A stretch of DNA of 64,000 bases, taken from assembly GCA_046303115.1 (NCBI GenBank), contig JBKCGZ010000100.1, forward strand, positions 10,928 through 74,927, given 5' to 3'. Source of the DNA: Bacteroidota bacterium. GTDB taxonomy: Bacteria; Bacteroidota; Bacteroidia; AKYH767-A; OLB10. The notes under the pieces are model-generated. The model saw only the letters and a list, made by a program, of their open reading frames with translations. It did no database searches and was not told the origin of the DNA. The translations under genes were made by a program, and so were the position numbers. Positions 40,469 through 49,835 of the stretch are shown piece after piece (the stretch's first letter is position 1; each line of letters opens with the position of its first letter).

Positions 40469-40584
40469 AGGTTAAAATTATTAAATTTATTGATGGTAAG
40501 TTCTAAACAATACACCTTGAAAAACTAATTTAAATAACCTCAATTCATGTGTTTTAAAAGTTTGATTAAATTAATTTTGTAGAG

Positions 40585-41049
40585 ATGGCTAAAAAGGTAG
40601 TACAGTTTTTAGATTTTGAAACAGAATATGATTTTCTGCTTTTAGGAATTTATTGCGCCTATCGCGACTATCGACTTTGCTTTGAATTAAATCTTGCACT
40701 GGAATTATCATTTGAAAAACAAGATGATTTCGAAATTCAAGTGGAAAAGAAAGGATCTGCAGGACAGTTCCCAATCTTTTTAGCAGAAAATAATGATGGT
40801 GAACAATTTTTTGTGATTGGAAACAAAGGCAACAACGGATTTCTGATTACAGAATTGAAACAAGTGGATTATTTCCTTCTTGTTCGAAATAACACCAGAT
40901 ATACAACGAGTGAACTTTTAACAGAAAAAATAAAATTAATTAATATCGTCAGCAGCGTTCAGGAATATTTTCCGGATGAATTAAAATCAGGCGACTTATT
41001 CCTATACATCGAAAAAAAAGCAGAGAAAACTACATCTACACATGACTAA
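40585..41049 (+). CDS. Conserved hypothetical protein (IPExxxVDY-family-like)
   Basis: 154 aa. Contains ITELKQVDYFLL, resembling the IPExxxVDY signature recalled for a Bacteroidota family. It overlaps the pyk start by 8 nt. Confidence 0.45.
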   Translation: MAKKVVQFLDFETEYDFLLLGIYCAYRDYRLCFELNLALELSFEKQDDFEIQVEKKGSAGQFPIFLAENNDGEQFFVIGNKGNNGFLITELKQVDYFLLVRNNTRYTTSELLTEKIKLINIVSSVQEYFPDELKSGDLFLYIEKKAEKTTSTHD

Positions 41050-42472
41050 AGAACCAAACAAAACAAAAATTGTTGCCACCATAGGACCAGCTTGCATGGA
41101 CCTTTTCACACTTGAAAGAATGATTTTATCAGGTGTAAATATCTGTCGCTTGAATGGATCACATGGTGATCACGCAATGATGCAGAAAATAATTGACAAC
41201 GTTCGATTGCTAAATGAAAAGTTAAATACGCATATTGCTATTTTATTCGACTTGCAAGGACCAAAAATCAGAATTGGAGATATCCTCGAAGGAAGCTTCA
41301 CGCTAAGTAATGGAAGCGAACTAATGTTAACGCCTCAGCAAGTAGAAGGAAATGCTGAACAAGTATTTATTAAATATCCGCAATTTCATAAGGATGTTAA
41401 GGTTGGCGATTTTGTTTTGATTGATGACGGAAAATTAGAATTGCGCATTGAAGAAATTTTAGCTGACGAACGCGTAAGAACTAAGGTTATTCATGGAGGA
41501 GTTTTATCATCTCGTAAAGGTGTTAACTTACCCAACACCGAAATCTCTTTACCTAGTTTAACAGAAAAAGATAAAGCTGATTTATTATTTGCTTTAGAAA
41601 ATAATGTTGAATGGATCGGACTATCATTCGTGCGAAAAGCACAAGATGTAATTGAGCTGAAAGAAATAATTAAAGCCCATAAGAAACATTCGAAAGTAGT
41701 GGCGAAAATTGAAAAGCCAAGCGCGGTTAATTTTATCGATGATATTATTGATGTGTCTGATGCTATCATGGTGGCACGTGGTGATCTAGGAGTAGAAATG
41801 GCCATGGAAAAAGTACCGATGATTCAAAAGATGATTGTGCAAAAAGCAAATCAGAAAGCAAAGCCCGTTATCATCGCAACGCAAATGATGGAAAGTATGA
41901 TTTCAAATTATCGGCCTACACGTGCCGAAGCTAATGATGTTGCCAATGCTGTTTACGATGGTGCTGATGCGTTAATGCTTAGCGGAGAAACATCAGTAGG
42001 AAACTTCCCTATTGAAACAGTGCAAGCAATGCAAAAAATTATCAGCGAAGTAGAAAAAAATGATTCTATTTATTTTAAATCAGCTCCGCTAAATAAAAAG
42101 TCGTTGAACTTTATTCCTGAATCTATTTGTTTGAATGCTTGTGAGATGGCACGACATGCAGATGCAAGAGCAATCATTGCCATGACGCATAGTGGTATGA
42201 CGGCTTTTAGAATTGCAGCGCACCGACCGAAATCAAATATTTATATTTTTACAGATAATCGTTCTTTACTAAACACACTGAGTTTGTTATGGGGAGTTCG
42301 AGGATTTTATTACGATAAATATGAGAGTACCGATAATACTGTTCAGGAAATAAAAGAATACTTAAAAGATAAACAACTGATTGAAGCGGGTGATTACATT
42401 ATCAATGTAGCAAGCACACCACTTCATGCAAGAGCAACAGCCAATACAATCAAACTAACCTGTATCCAATAA
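41042..42472 (+). CDS. pyk: Pyruvate kinase
   Basis: 476 aa. KIVATIGPA, NGSHG, MVARGDLGVE and MLSGETS motifs. Confidence 0.96.
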   Translation: MTKEPNKTKIVATIGPACMDLFTLERMILSGVNICRLNGSHGDHAMMQKIIDNVRLLNEKLNTHIAILFDLQGPKIRIGDILEGSFTLSNGSELMLTPQQVEGNAEQVFIKYPQFHKDVKVGDFVLIDDGKLELRIEEILADERVRTKVIHGGVLSSRKGVNLPNTEISLPSLTEKDKADLLFALENNVEWIGLSFVRKAQDVIELKEIIKAHKKHSKVVAKIEKPSAVNFIDDIIDVSDAIMVARGDLGVEMAMEKVPMIQKMIVQKANQKAKPVIIATQMMESMISNYRPTRAEANDVANAVYDGADALMLSGETSVGNFPIETVQAMQKIISEVEKNDSIYFKSAPLNKKSLNFIPESICLNACEMARHADARAIIAMTHSGMTAFRIAAHRPKSNIYIFTDNRSLLNTLSLLWGVRGFYYDKYESTDNTVQEIKEYLKDKQLIEAGDYIINVASTPLHARATANTIKLTCIQ

Positions 42473-42474
42473 TC

Positions 42475-43530
42475 ATGAATATTGAATCACTAAAAAAGAT
42501 TTGTGAAATCCCTGGCGCACCAGGACATGAACACAGAATTCGCGAACACGTAATTGAAGAATTAAAAAAAATAAACGTTGAAATTTCCATTGATAAAATG
42601 GGCAATGTAACAGCACTCGTAAAAGGGAAAGAACCTAAGCGTGCAATGGCCGCTGCTCATATGGATGAAATTGGTTTCATCGTAACACATATTGATGATA
42701 AAGGATTCGTTCGCTTCAATACGTTGGGCGGATTTGACCCAAAGACATTAACAGCTCAACGCGTAATTGTACACGGTAAAAAAGATATCATTGGTGTGAT
42801 GGGATCAAAGCCTATTCATATCATGACGCCTGAAGAAAGAACAAAAACGGCTCAGTTGACAGATTACTTTATCGACTTAGGACTACCAAAAGAAGAAGTT
42901 GAAAAGCATATTAGTATAGGTGATGCCGTTACACGCGAGCGAGAATTGATTGAAATGGGCAATTGCGTGAATTGCAAATCGATTGATAATAGAATTTCTG
43001 TTTTCATTCTATTGGAAACGTTAAAGAAACTTGACAACACTATTCCTTACGACTTCTACGCAGCATTTACAGTGCAGGAAGAAGTTGGTATTCGTGGAGC
43101 ATCTGTTGCAGCACATCATATCGAACCTGACTTTGCATTTGGATTAGATACTACGATTGCATTTGACACTCCTGGTGCTCGTCCACATGAAATGGTAACT
43201 GAGTTAGGAAAAGGCGCAGCGATTAAAATCATGGATTCAAGTACCATTTGCGACACACGCATGATTGCATTTTTGAAGAATACTGCCGATAAGCATTCGA
43301 TTAAATGGCAACCAGAAATTCTTCCTGCAGGAGGAACGGATACTGCTGCACTACAACGCAATGGTAAAACAGGTGCAATCGCTGGAGCTATTTCTATTCC
43401 TACCAGACATATTCATCAGGTAATTGAGATGGCAGATAAAACAGATATTCAAAACTGTATTGATCTTTTAACAAAAGCAATTCAGGAACTCGATCAACAT
43501 GATTGGGGAATGATGGGCAAAATTAATTAG
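42475..43530 (+). CDS. M42 family metallopeptidase (FrvX/glutamyl aminopeptidase-like)
   Basis: 351 aa. GAPGHEHRIREH, HMDEIGF and QEEVGIRGA motifs. Confidence 0.85.
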   Translation: MNIESLKKICEIPGAPGHEHRIREHVIEELKKINVEISIDKMGNVTALVKGKEPKRAMAAAHMDEIGFIVTHIDDKGFVRFNTLGGFDPKTLTAQRVIVHGKKDIIGVMGSKPIHIMTPEERTKTAQLTDYFIDLGLPKEEVEKHISIGDAVTRERELIEMGNCVNCKSIDNRISVFILLETLKKLDNTIPYDFYAAFTVQEEVGIRGASVAAHHIEPDFAFGLDTTIAFDTPGARPHEMVTELGKGAAIKIMDSSTICDTRMIAFLKNTADKHSIKWQPEILPAGGTDTAALQRNGKTGAIAGAISIPTRHIHQVIEMADKTDIQNCIDLLTKAIQELDQHDWGMMGKIN

Positions 43531-43550
43531 AGTCCTAATTATATAATCTG

Positions 43551-43584
43551 AAGGGATGAAGTATACCACTTCATCCCTTTTTTA
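43551..43584. terminator. Bidirectional terminator between convergent genes
   Basis: AAGGGATGAAGT-ATACC-ACTTCATCCCTT followed by TTTTTAT. Confidence 0.8.
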
Positions 43585-44835
43585 TTAACTATTAGATCGT
43601 ATCGCCTCCACTGGATCTAACCTCGAAGCCTGATAAGCGGGAACTAATCCTGAAATAACACCGACTATAACGGATACGGATAGCCCCAAAACAATATTAC
43701 CAGCACTTAATGGTAAATTGAGTCCTGCATATTTACCCGCAATGGTTCCGAGGTAAACGAGGAATAAACCAATGAGTCCGCCTAAAACACAAAGGAATAC
43801 CGACTCTGATAAAAACTGAAACAGAATAAAAAAGTTCTTTGCGCCTAATGATTTTTGAATTCCGATAATGGTAGTTCTTTCTTTCACTGATACGAACATA
43901 ATATTAGCAATACCAAAACCCCCAACAAGAATACTAAAACTTCCGATAATCCATCCTGCTTTAGTAAGCATTGCAAATAAACTATTCAGCTGATTAGAAA
44001 TTAATTTTGTCTCGTTCAAAGCAAAGTTATCTTCTTCTGCGGGACGCAAACGACGAATAGAACGCAAGTTTCCTTTTAACTCATCCATTAACTGTCCGTT
44101 GGAAATACCTGGCTTGCCTTTCACCATAATGCGTGGCTCTAACTGATCGCTTCTGATATCTAAAAAGCGACGTGCGAAATTTACAGGCACCATCACCGAT
44201 TTATCTTTTGAGTTCCCCAACATACTTTCCCCCTCTTTAACAAAAACACCAATCACAATAAACTTTCTTCCTTTCACAGTGATACTTTTTCCGACAGGAT
44301 CCACATTAGGAATTAATGTAGAAGCTACATCGGCACCAATGATGGCTACAGGCGAACCAGCAGAAGATTCATTCTCGGTAAAATAACGACCGTTAGATAA
44401 ATTGATCGTATATAGCTTTTCATAATCGTGAGAAACCATATCGACCGTTGCACTTTCAACTGCATTTTTTCCTGATTTCACTGTTACATCGTTCGCCGTT
44501 GCGCTGAAGGCAAAACTTTCTCCTAAGGCGCTACGTTGCTTCAGCAATTCCATTTCTTTGTAGTTGGCTGTTGGACGCACCCAATATTTCCACCACGGAA
44601 AATCCTTCCCAAACTCCCACGGCCATTTCTCAACGAATACCACATTACTCCCCATCTCATTTACGCTGCTACGAATTTTATTTTCTAATCCATCTACCGC
44701 AGTAAAAACAGCAATGATGGCAAAAATTCCGATGGTAACTCCTAATAGCGAAAGAATAGTACGCAGCTTATTCACCACCAATGCATGAATGGCCATCAGC
44801 ACGCTCTCGCGTAAAAGTCGTAGGTAAATTTTCAT
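43585..44835 (-). CDS. ABC transporter permease, MacB/FtsX family
   Basis: 416 aa. N-terminal TM, large periplasmic MacB-PCD-like region, and a C-terminal FtsX 3-TM bundle. No adjacent ATPase. Confidence 0.8.
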   Translation of the reverse strand: MKIYLRLLRESVLMAIHALVVNKLRTILSLLGVTIGIFAIIAVFTAVDGLENKIRSSVNEMGSNVVFVEKWPWEFGKDFPWWKYWVRPTANYKEMELLKQRSALGESFAFSATANDVTVKSGKNAVESATVDMVSHDYEKLYTINLSNGRYFTENESSAGSPVAIIGADVASTLIPNVDPVGKSITVKGRKFIVIGVFVKEGESMLGNSKDKSVMVPVNFARRFLDIRSDQLEPRIMVKGKPGISNGQLMDELKGNLRSIRRLRPAEEDNFALNETKLISNQLNSLFAMLTKAGWIIGSFSILVGGFGIANIMFVSVKERTTIIGIQKSLGAKNFFILFQFLSESVFLCVLGGLIGLFLVYLGTIAGKYAGLNLPLSAGNIVLGLSVSVIVGVISGLVPAYQASRLDPVEAIRSNS

Positions 44836-44974
44836 TGGGGTAAAGGTACGATAGTTTGATTAGGTAAGGGGCATAGAGTTCAATAAAAACAATATCTATG
44901 GTTTGTTCTACAGGTTGTTAATAACCATCATTACATCGGCTATCACAATTCCCCATTTTTATTATTTTTAAAAT

Positions 44975-46141
44975 ATGAAAACAAAACTCCAATTTTTAAC
45001 TACACTATTTTTCATTGTTTTTTGCAATGGAAATTTGTTTGCGCAGCAAATAGGTCATACTACATTTACCTATACAGATGCATCGCGAAATAACAGACAA
45101 ATACAAACGGAAATTTATTATCCTGCAACAGCAGCAGGAAATAATACAGCGATTGCTCCGGGAACTTTTCCTGTGGTAGTTTGCGGACATGGATTTGTAA
45201 TGACAACGAGTGCTTATCAAAATATATGGACAGCACTTGTGCCCGAAGGTTATATCGTTGCGCTCCCAACAACAGAAGGTGGATTCGCCCCCAATCATGC
45301 TAATTTCGGGCTCGACTTAAAGTTTTTGGTTAATGAAATTAAAAGCGCTGGGGCAGGAACATCAGTTCCTCCATCCTCTGTAGGAAACACCTCTGCTATT
45401 ATGGGACATTCGATGGGTGGTGGATCTTCTTTTCTGGCAGCGGCTAATGATACTACTATTTCTACCATGATATCTTTTGCGGCCGCAAATACAAATCCCT
45501 CATCAATAAGCGCTGCACAGAATATTATTGTTCCTACATTAATATTTAGTGGCACCAACGATTGTGTAGCTCCTCCAGCGCCGCAACAAGATATTATGTA
45601 TGATTCAACAAGTGCTGCTTATAAAACTCAGATTTATATTTCAGGTGGTGGACATTGTTATTTTGCTGATAATAATTTTAATTGCTCATTTGGTGAAGCG
45701 ACCTGCTCCCCTTCTCCAACAATTACTCGCACCCAACAACAATCTGCAACAGCTGATTTTTTAAAATCGTGGTTAGCCTACTATCTGAAAGGTGATTGTA
45801 ATAAAGCACAGGAATTTCAAGACTCACTCGCTTTAAGTGCAAGAATTACTTATCGCCAAAGCCAATCGATTGCATGTACATCATCAAGCATAGAAAATAT
45901 TTCTTCGGATAATATTTTTTCTGTTTATCCCAATCCTGCGAAAAGCATCATTAACGTAAAAGTAAATTCAAAAGCAGTAGATACATTTTATACAATCAAT
46001 GATATTGCTGGTAGAATTGTTTTACGTGGAAAAGTGGATGCAGAAAATATAACGATTGCAGTTGATCAGTTATCTGCAGGATTATACATTTTAAACCTGA
46101 AAAATAAATCACAACAGCAATTCAAAATAATTAAAGATTAA
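44975..46141 (+). CDS. Secreted PETase/cutinase-like serine esterase (dienelactone-hydrolase-type alpha/beta fold) with T9SS C-terminal sorting domain
   Basis: 388 aa with a signal peptide (...LFAQ), a GHSMGG nucleophile elbow (Ser codon 45410-45412), NDCVAP (Asp) and GGGHCYF (His). The last ~80 aa (FSVYPNPAKSIINVKV...GLYILNLKN...FKIIKD) match the Por_Secre_tail pattern. Confidence 0.75.
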   Translation: MKTKLQFLTTLFFIVFCNGNLFAQQIGHTTFTYTDASRNNRQIQTEIYYPATAAGNNTAIAPGTFPVVVCGHGFVMTTSAYQNIWTALVPEGYIVALPTTEGGFAPNHANFGLDLKFLVNEIKSAGAGTSVPPSSVGNTSAIMGHSMGGGSSFLAAANDTTISTMISFAAANTNPSSISAAQNIIVPTLIFSGTNDCVAPPAPQQDIMYDSTSAAYKTQIYISGGGHCYFADNNFNCSFGEATCSPSPTITRTQQQSATADFLKSWLAYYLKGDCNKAQEFQDSLALSARITYRQSQSIACTSSSIENISSDNIFSVYPNPAKSIINVKVNSKAVDTFYTINDIAGRIVLRGKVDAENITIAVDQLSAGLYILNLKNKSQQQFKIIKD

Positions 46142-46169
46142 ATGCTGAACTAATTTCTTAATAATACCT

Positions 46170-46248
46170 AATAAAAAAATCCCCGCTAACGCAGGGATTT
46201 TTTATTTACTCAGAAATTATTTTCTTATTTCTTATCTTGCGACATTAA
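46170..46248. repeat. Direct repeat, left copy (terminator hairpin + orphan SPFH 3'-end stub)
   Basis: ~95% identical to 54418-54495 in the same orientation. It includes hairpin ATCCCCGCTAACGCAGGGAT flanked by A- and T-runs, and it doubles as the terminator of the esterase gene. Confidence 0.9.
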
Positions 46249-46429
46249 TTTGCCTAAATATTTAGCGTTTACCCTTCAATAAAAGTAAAAAAGGTTTTAC
46301 AACTTTTTGGTAACAATACTTTAAAGTAATAGCTTTGTTTGACGCGTAAATAATCATCTACTACTAGCCATTAGTGGCAGTATAGTAAGTAAGCAAGTAA
46401 GAAATAATCAAGCAGTTAGGCGAACATAA

Positions 46430-47287
46430 ATGAACGAAACCATATACAATGACAAAGAAAAAAACGCCATTCGATTTTCTGACTTTAAAAAGTTAGAAAC
46501 AGATTGTCCGTTCGCTGGCTTGGGAGTAAAATATGTGGCTTCCGGTGAAGAAATTTATTATGCCAACAACAAAAAATACAATGTCAAAGTTGGAGAATAC
46601 ATTATTGGAAATGAGTTTACCAAATCACTGGTTAAAATTAACAGCGAAGAATCGGTTCAAGGACTTTGTATCGATATTTCATCTGAAATAATTTCAGAAG
46701 TAGCAGAATTTCACGATCTCAATGGTTCGGAGTTGAAAGAGTTCTTACTCTCCGATCAGTTTTTCGTCAACAGATACAATGTTAAAAATACCAGCTTGGG
46801 TTATACACTATACGATATTAACCAAAAGATTAAATCAGGAACATTTACTAATGATTTGCAACAAAACGAGTTGTTTTATAGTCTTGCAGAATCCATTATT
46901 ACCGACCAACGTTTTGTGTTTGATCATTTGACAAAACTGGATTTTAAAAAGAACTTAACTAATGAAGAAGTTTTTAGAACAGTACTCAATGCCAAATCAT
47001 ACATTGATGAAAATTTAACCGCGAATCTTTCGTTGGAAAACATTGCAATCCAAACAGGAATTTCAAAATATCACTTTATTCGTGTTTTTAAATCAGCTTT
47101 CGGTATTTCGCCCTATCAATATCAAAACCGAAAACGACTTGAACTAGCTAAATCAGACTTAGCACAAGGAAATGATATCTTTTTTACCGCAATTCTTTAT
47201 GGATTTGCTGATGTCCCAGCTTTCTCAAAAGCATTTAAACAGCAATTTGGACAAACTCCAGGATCGATAAGAAAAAGCAATTTTTGA
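46430..47287 (+). CDS. AraC family transcriptional regulator
   Basis: 285 aa with a C-terminal double HTH (LSLENIAIQTGISKYHFIRVFKSAFGISPYQY...FADVPAFSKAFKQQFGQTP). Confidence 0.88.
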   Translation: MNETIYNDKEKNAIRFSDFKKLETDCPFAGLGVKYVASGEEIYYANNKKYNVKVGEYIIGNEFTKSLVKINSEESVQGLCIDISSEIISEVAEFHDLNGSELKEFLLSDQFFVNRYNVKNTSLGYTLYDINQKIKSGTFTNDLQQNELFYSLAESIITDQRFVFDHLTKLDFKKNLTNEEVFRTVLNAKSYIDENLTANLSLENIAIQTGISKYHFIRVFKSAFGISPYQYQNRKRLELAKSDLAQGNDIFFTAILYGFADVPAFSKAFKQQFGQTPGSIRKSNF

Positions 47288-47334
47288 CAAATGAAACTAC
47301 GAATGATGTTTTTTCTTTGAAACAAAAATTTTTA

Positions 47335-49695
47335 ATGTTTCGAAAACTATCCTTACTCGTCCTATTCATTATTTCTCTTGATGTTAATGCTCAGCTACAG
47401 CGTAAGCCTATTTGGGGCGCACGAATGGAATACGTTTCGGAAAATGGTAGTGCTGGATGTAAAGTGCAAAAAGTGTCGAGAGGGACAAGTGTTGCGTTAA
47501 AATTACAAGAAAAAGATCTTGTTTTAAAAATAGGAGATTCCAACTTTACATCTACAAACGATTTCATTAATTTATTTTTAAACTACTTGCCTAATCAAGA
47601 AGTTAAACTAACAGTACTGCGCGACAAAAAGAAAATAACTTTAAAAGCAAAAGCTGTTGCTCGTCCTTTTGAAACAGATGATAATGCAACCGTAATTTAT
47701 GATGAGGCCTCCTATAAAAATGGACAATTGCGTGTTATTATCAATAAACCGTTTAAAGAAAATAAAATGCCTGCTATGTTATTCATTCCAGGATATACAT
47801 GCAGCAGTATCGATGATTTGCCAAATAACCATCCTTACAAACGTATTGTGGATGCTTACGTAGATGCAGGTTATGTAACATTACGTATTGAAAAAAGCGG
47901 ATTAGGCGATAGCAAAAACACACCACCCTGCGAGTCGTGTGATTTACTGGATGAAATTGAAAATTTTGAGTCCGGGTTAAAAAAATTAAAGTCACTACCA
48001 TATGTCGATACCAATCAAATTATCGTTGTTGGACATTCGATGGGTGGAATTATAGCACCAGCAATTAGTGCTAAACATCAAGTTGCAGGTGTTGTTGTTT
48101 ATGGTACAACTGCTAAATCGTGGTTTGAATATCAAATCGAAATGTACCGCGTACAAAATGCATTAGCAGGAATGAATCCGATTGAAGTAGAGCAATCCGT
48201 AATAGAACAATACGATTTGAATTATCGCTACTTCGTAAAGAAAGAGAAACTCGAAGATCTTGCCAAGGATCCAAATATTGATAGTGTTTTACGCGCTACT
48301 TGGGAATACGATGGTAAAGGGAAAATTTACTCTCGAAACGCAGAGTATTGGAGACAGATACAAGATTATCCGCATTTAGAAAATTGGAAAAATACGACTG
48401 CAAAAGTTTTAGTTCAATTTGGCGAATCCGATTTTCAAGCATTTTCAAAAAGCGATCATCAGCAGATTGTAAATACGGTGAATCATTTTCATCCTGGTAA
48501 TGCTACATTAATGACATATCCATCGACTGATCATTATTTTGCTAAATCAGGATCTATGCAAGAGGCATATGACAAGTTTACGAATGGCAAAATTCAACAG
48601 TTATTCGATGAGTATAACAATGAAGTTGGATTATCTGCTGTAAGATGGAGCAATGAAATTTTATCAAAAAAGAATACCGTTAAACATTCAGAAAATGGTT
48701 GGAAAAAATTAAGTACTGATAGCTATCCAGGAAAGCAAGATGATATTACGTTCATCAATGAAATGGAAGGTTGGTATGTAAACGGCTATGGTAGTATTTA
48801 TCATACGCAAAATGGCGGAACAACTTGGGAAAAACAATTGGAATTAAAAGGAACATTTTTTCGCTGCATTGCTTTTGTTGATAGTTTACGAGGATTTGCA
48901 GGAACGGTTGGCACTGACTACTTTCCAAATGTTACGGATACCATTCCGTTATATGGGACTAACGATGGTGGTAAAACATGGAGTCCTGTAAATTACAAAG
49001 GGCCCTATGTAAAAGGACTTTGTGCTATTGAAGTTGTTAAAGAGCAATTCATCAATCATGGAAAAACTGATTACAAAATTCATATTTATGCAGTTGGTCG
49101 CGTTGGAAGTCCTGCAAATAGAATGGTGTCGCACGATGGTGGTTTAAGCTGGACATCATATAGTATGAACAACGATTGTAAAATGCTTTTTGATATAAAA
49201 ATGTTAGATAAGAATACTGGTTATGTTTGTGCAGCAACTGATGAAGATATTGAGAAATCAAATGCACTTATTTTAAAAACCATCGATGGAGGAATAACCT
49301 GGAAAAAAGTGTATCAATCCAATAGACCATATGAAACAACATGGAAGATTTCGTTTCCATCTGATAAGGTTGGTTATGTAACAATTCAATCATACAATCC
49401 TGATTCGTTAGCAAAACAACAACGCATTGCTAAAACAATTGATGGAGGTGAAACCTGGAAAGAAATCAATCTAGTTGAAGATGCGAATGCAAGGGAATTT
49501 GGTATTGGGTTTATCGATGAAAACCACGGCTTTGTTGGCACCATGAATAGTGGTTACGAAACTAAAGATGGCGGCTTAACATGGACGCCAATTAATCTAG
49601 GAAAGGCCTGCAATAAAATCAGGATTTATAAAAATGCAAATGGGAAAATTTATTGTTATTCAATTGGTGTAGATGTGATGAAGGGAGAGTTTTAA
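47335..49695 (+). CDS. Secreted PDZ-like / alpha-beta hydrolase / BNR (Asp-box) beta-propeller fusion protein
   Basis: Start moved to the ATG giving signal peptide MFRKLSLLVLFIISLDVNAQ. It has a PDZ-like segment, a GHSMGG hydrolase core, and six SxDxGxTW-type Asp-boxes in the C-terminal ~330 aa. Confidence 0.7.
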   Translation: MFRKLSLLVLFIISLDVNAQLQRKPIWGARMEYVSENGSAGCKVQKVSRGTSVALKLQEKDLVLKIGDSNFTSTNDFINLFLNYLPNQEVKLTVLRDKKKITLKAKAVARPFETDDNATVIYDEASYKNGQLRVIINKPFKENKMPAMLFIPGYTCSSIDDLPNNHPYKRIVDAYVDAGYVTLRIEKSGLGDSKNTPPCESCDLLDEIENFESGLKKLKSLPYVDTNQIIVVGHSMGGIIAPAISAKHQVAGVVVYGTTAKSWFEYQIEMYRVQNALAGMNPIEVEQSVIEQYDLNYRYFVKKEKLEDLAKDPNIDSVLRATWEYDGKGKIYSRNAEYWRQIQDYPHLENWKNTTAKVLVQFGESDFQAFSKSDHQQIVNTVNHFHPGNATLMTYPSTDHYFAKSGSMQEAYDKFTNGKIQQLFDEYNNEVGLSAVRWSNEILSKKNTVKHSENGWKKLSTDSYPGKQDDITFINEMEGWYVNGYGSIYHTQNGGTTWEKQLELKGTFFRCIAFVDSLRGFAGTVGTDYFPNVTDTIPLYGTNDGGKTWSPVNYKGPYVKGLCAIEVVKEQFINHGKTDYKIHIYAVGRVGSPANRMVSHDGGLSWTSYSMNNDCKMLFDIKMLDKNTGYVCAATDEDIEKSNALILKTIDGGITWKKVYQSNRPYETTWKISFPSDKVGYVTIQSYNPDSLAKQQRIAKTIDGGETWKEINLVEDANAREFGIGFIDENHGFVGTMNSGYETKDGGLTWTPINLGKACNKIRIYKNANGKIYCYSIGVDVMKGEF

Positions 49696-49835
49696 ATTAT
49701 GACTACTCTAAAAATTATTAAATTAAAATCAATTTTAATTTTTACACTACTTTTGAATTGACAAAATATGATTAACAAAGACATTGAAACAATAATCTAC
49801 AACTAAAAAATATCATCAATACAACTACTCAAAAT

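Noticed and set aside
45404-48047. 17-nt identity GGACATTCGATGGGTGG at 45404-45420 and 48031-48047
   Set aside because: Both encode the same GHSMGG nucleophile-elbow motif of two different alpha/beta hydrolases. The flanking sequence is unrelated, so this is motif-level coincidence rather than a repeat or recombination site.
49696-49835. Mini-ORFs MTTLKIIKLKSILIFTLLLN* (49699-49761) and MINKDIETIIYN*, and a 10-bp all-A/T hairpin in the gap before the ABC ATPase gene
   Set aside because: No signal peptide, lipobox or conserved motif. The hairpin is A/T-only with a 2-nt loop. Such features are expected by chance in AT-rich spacers.
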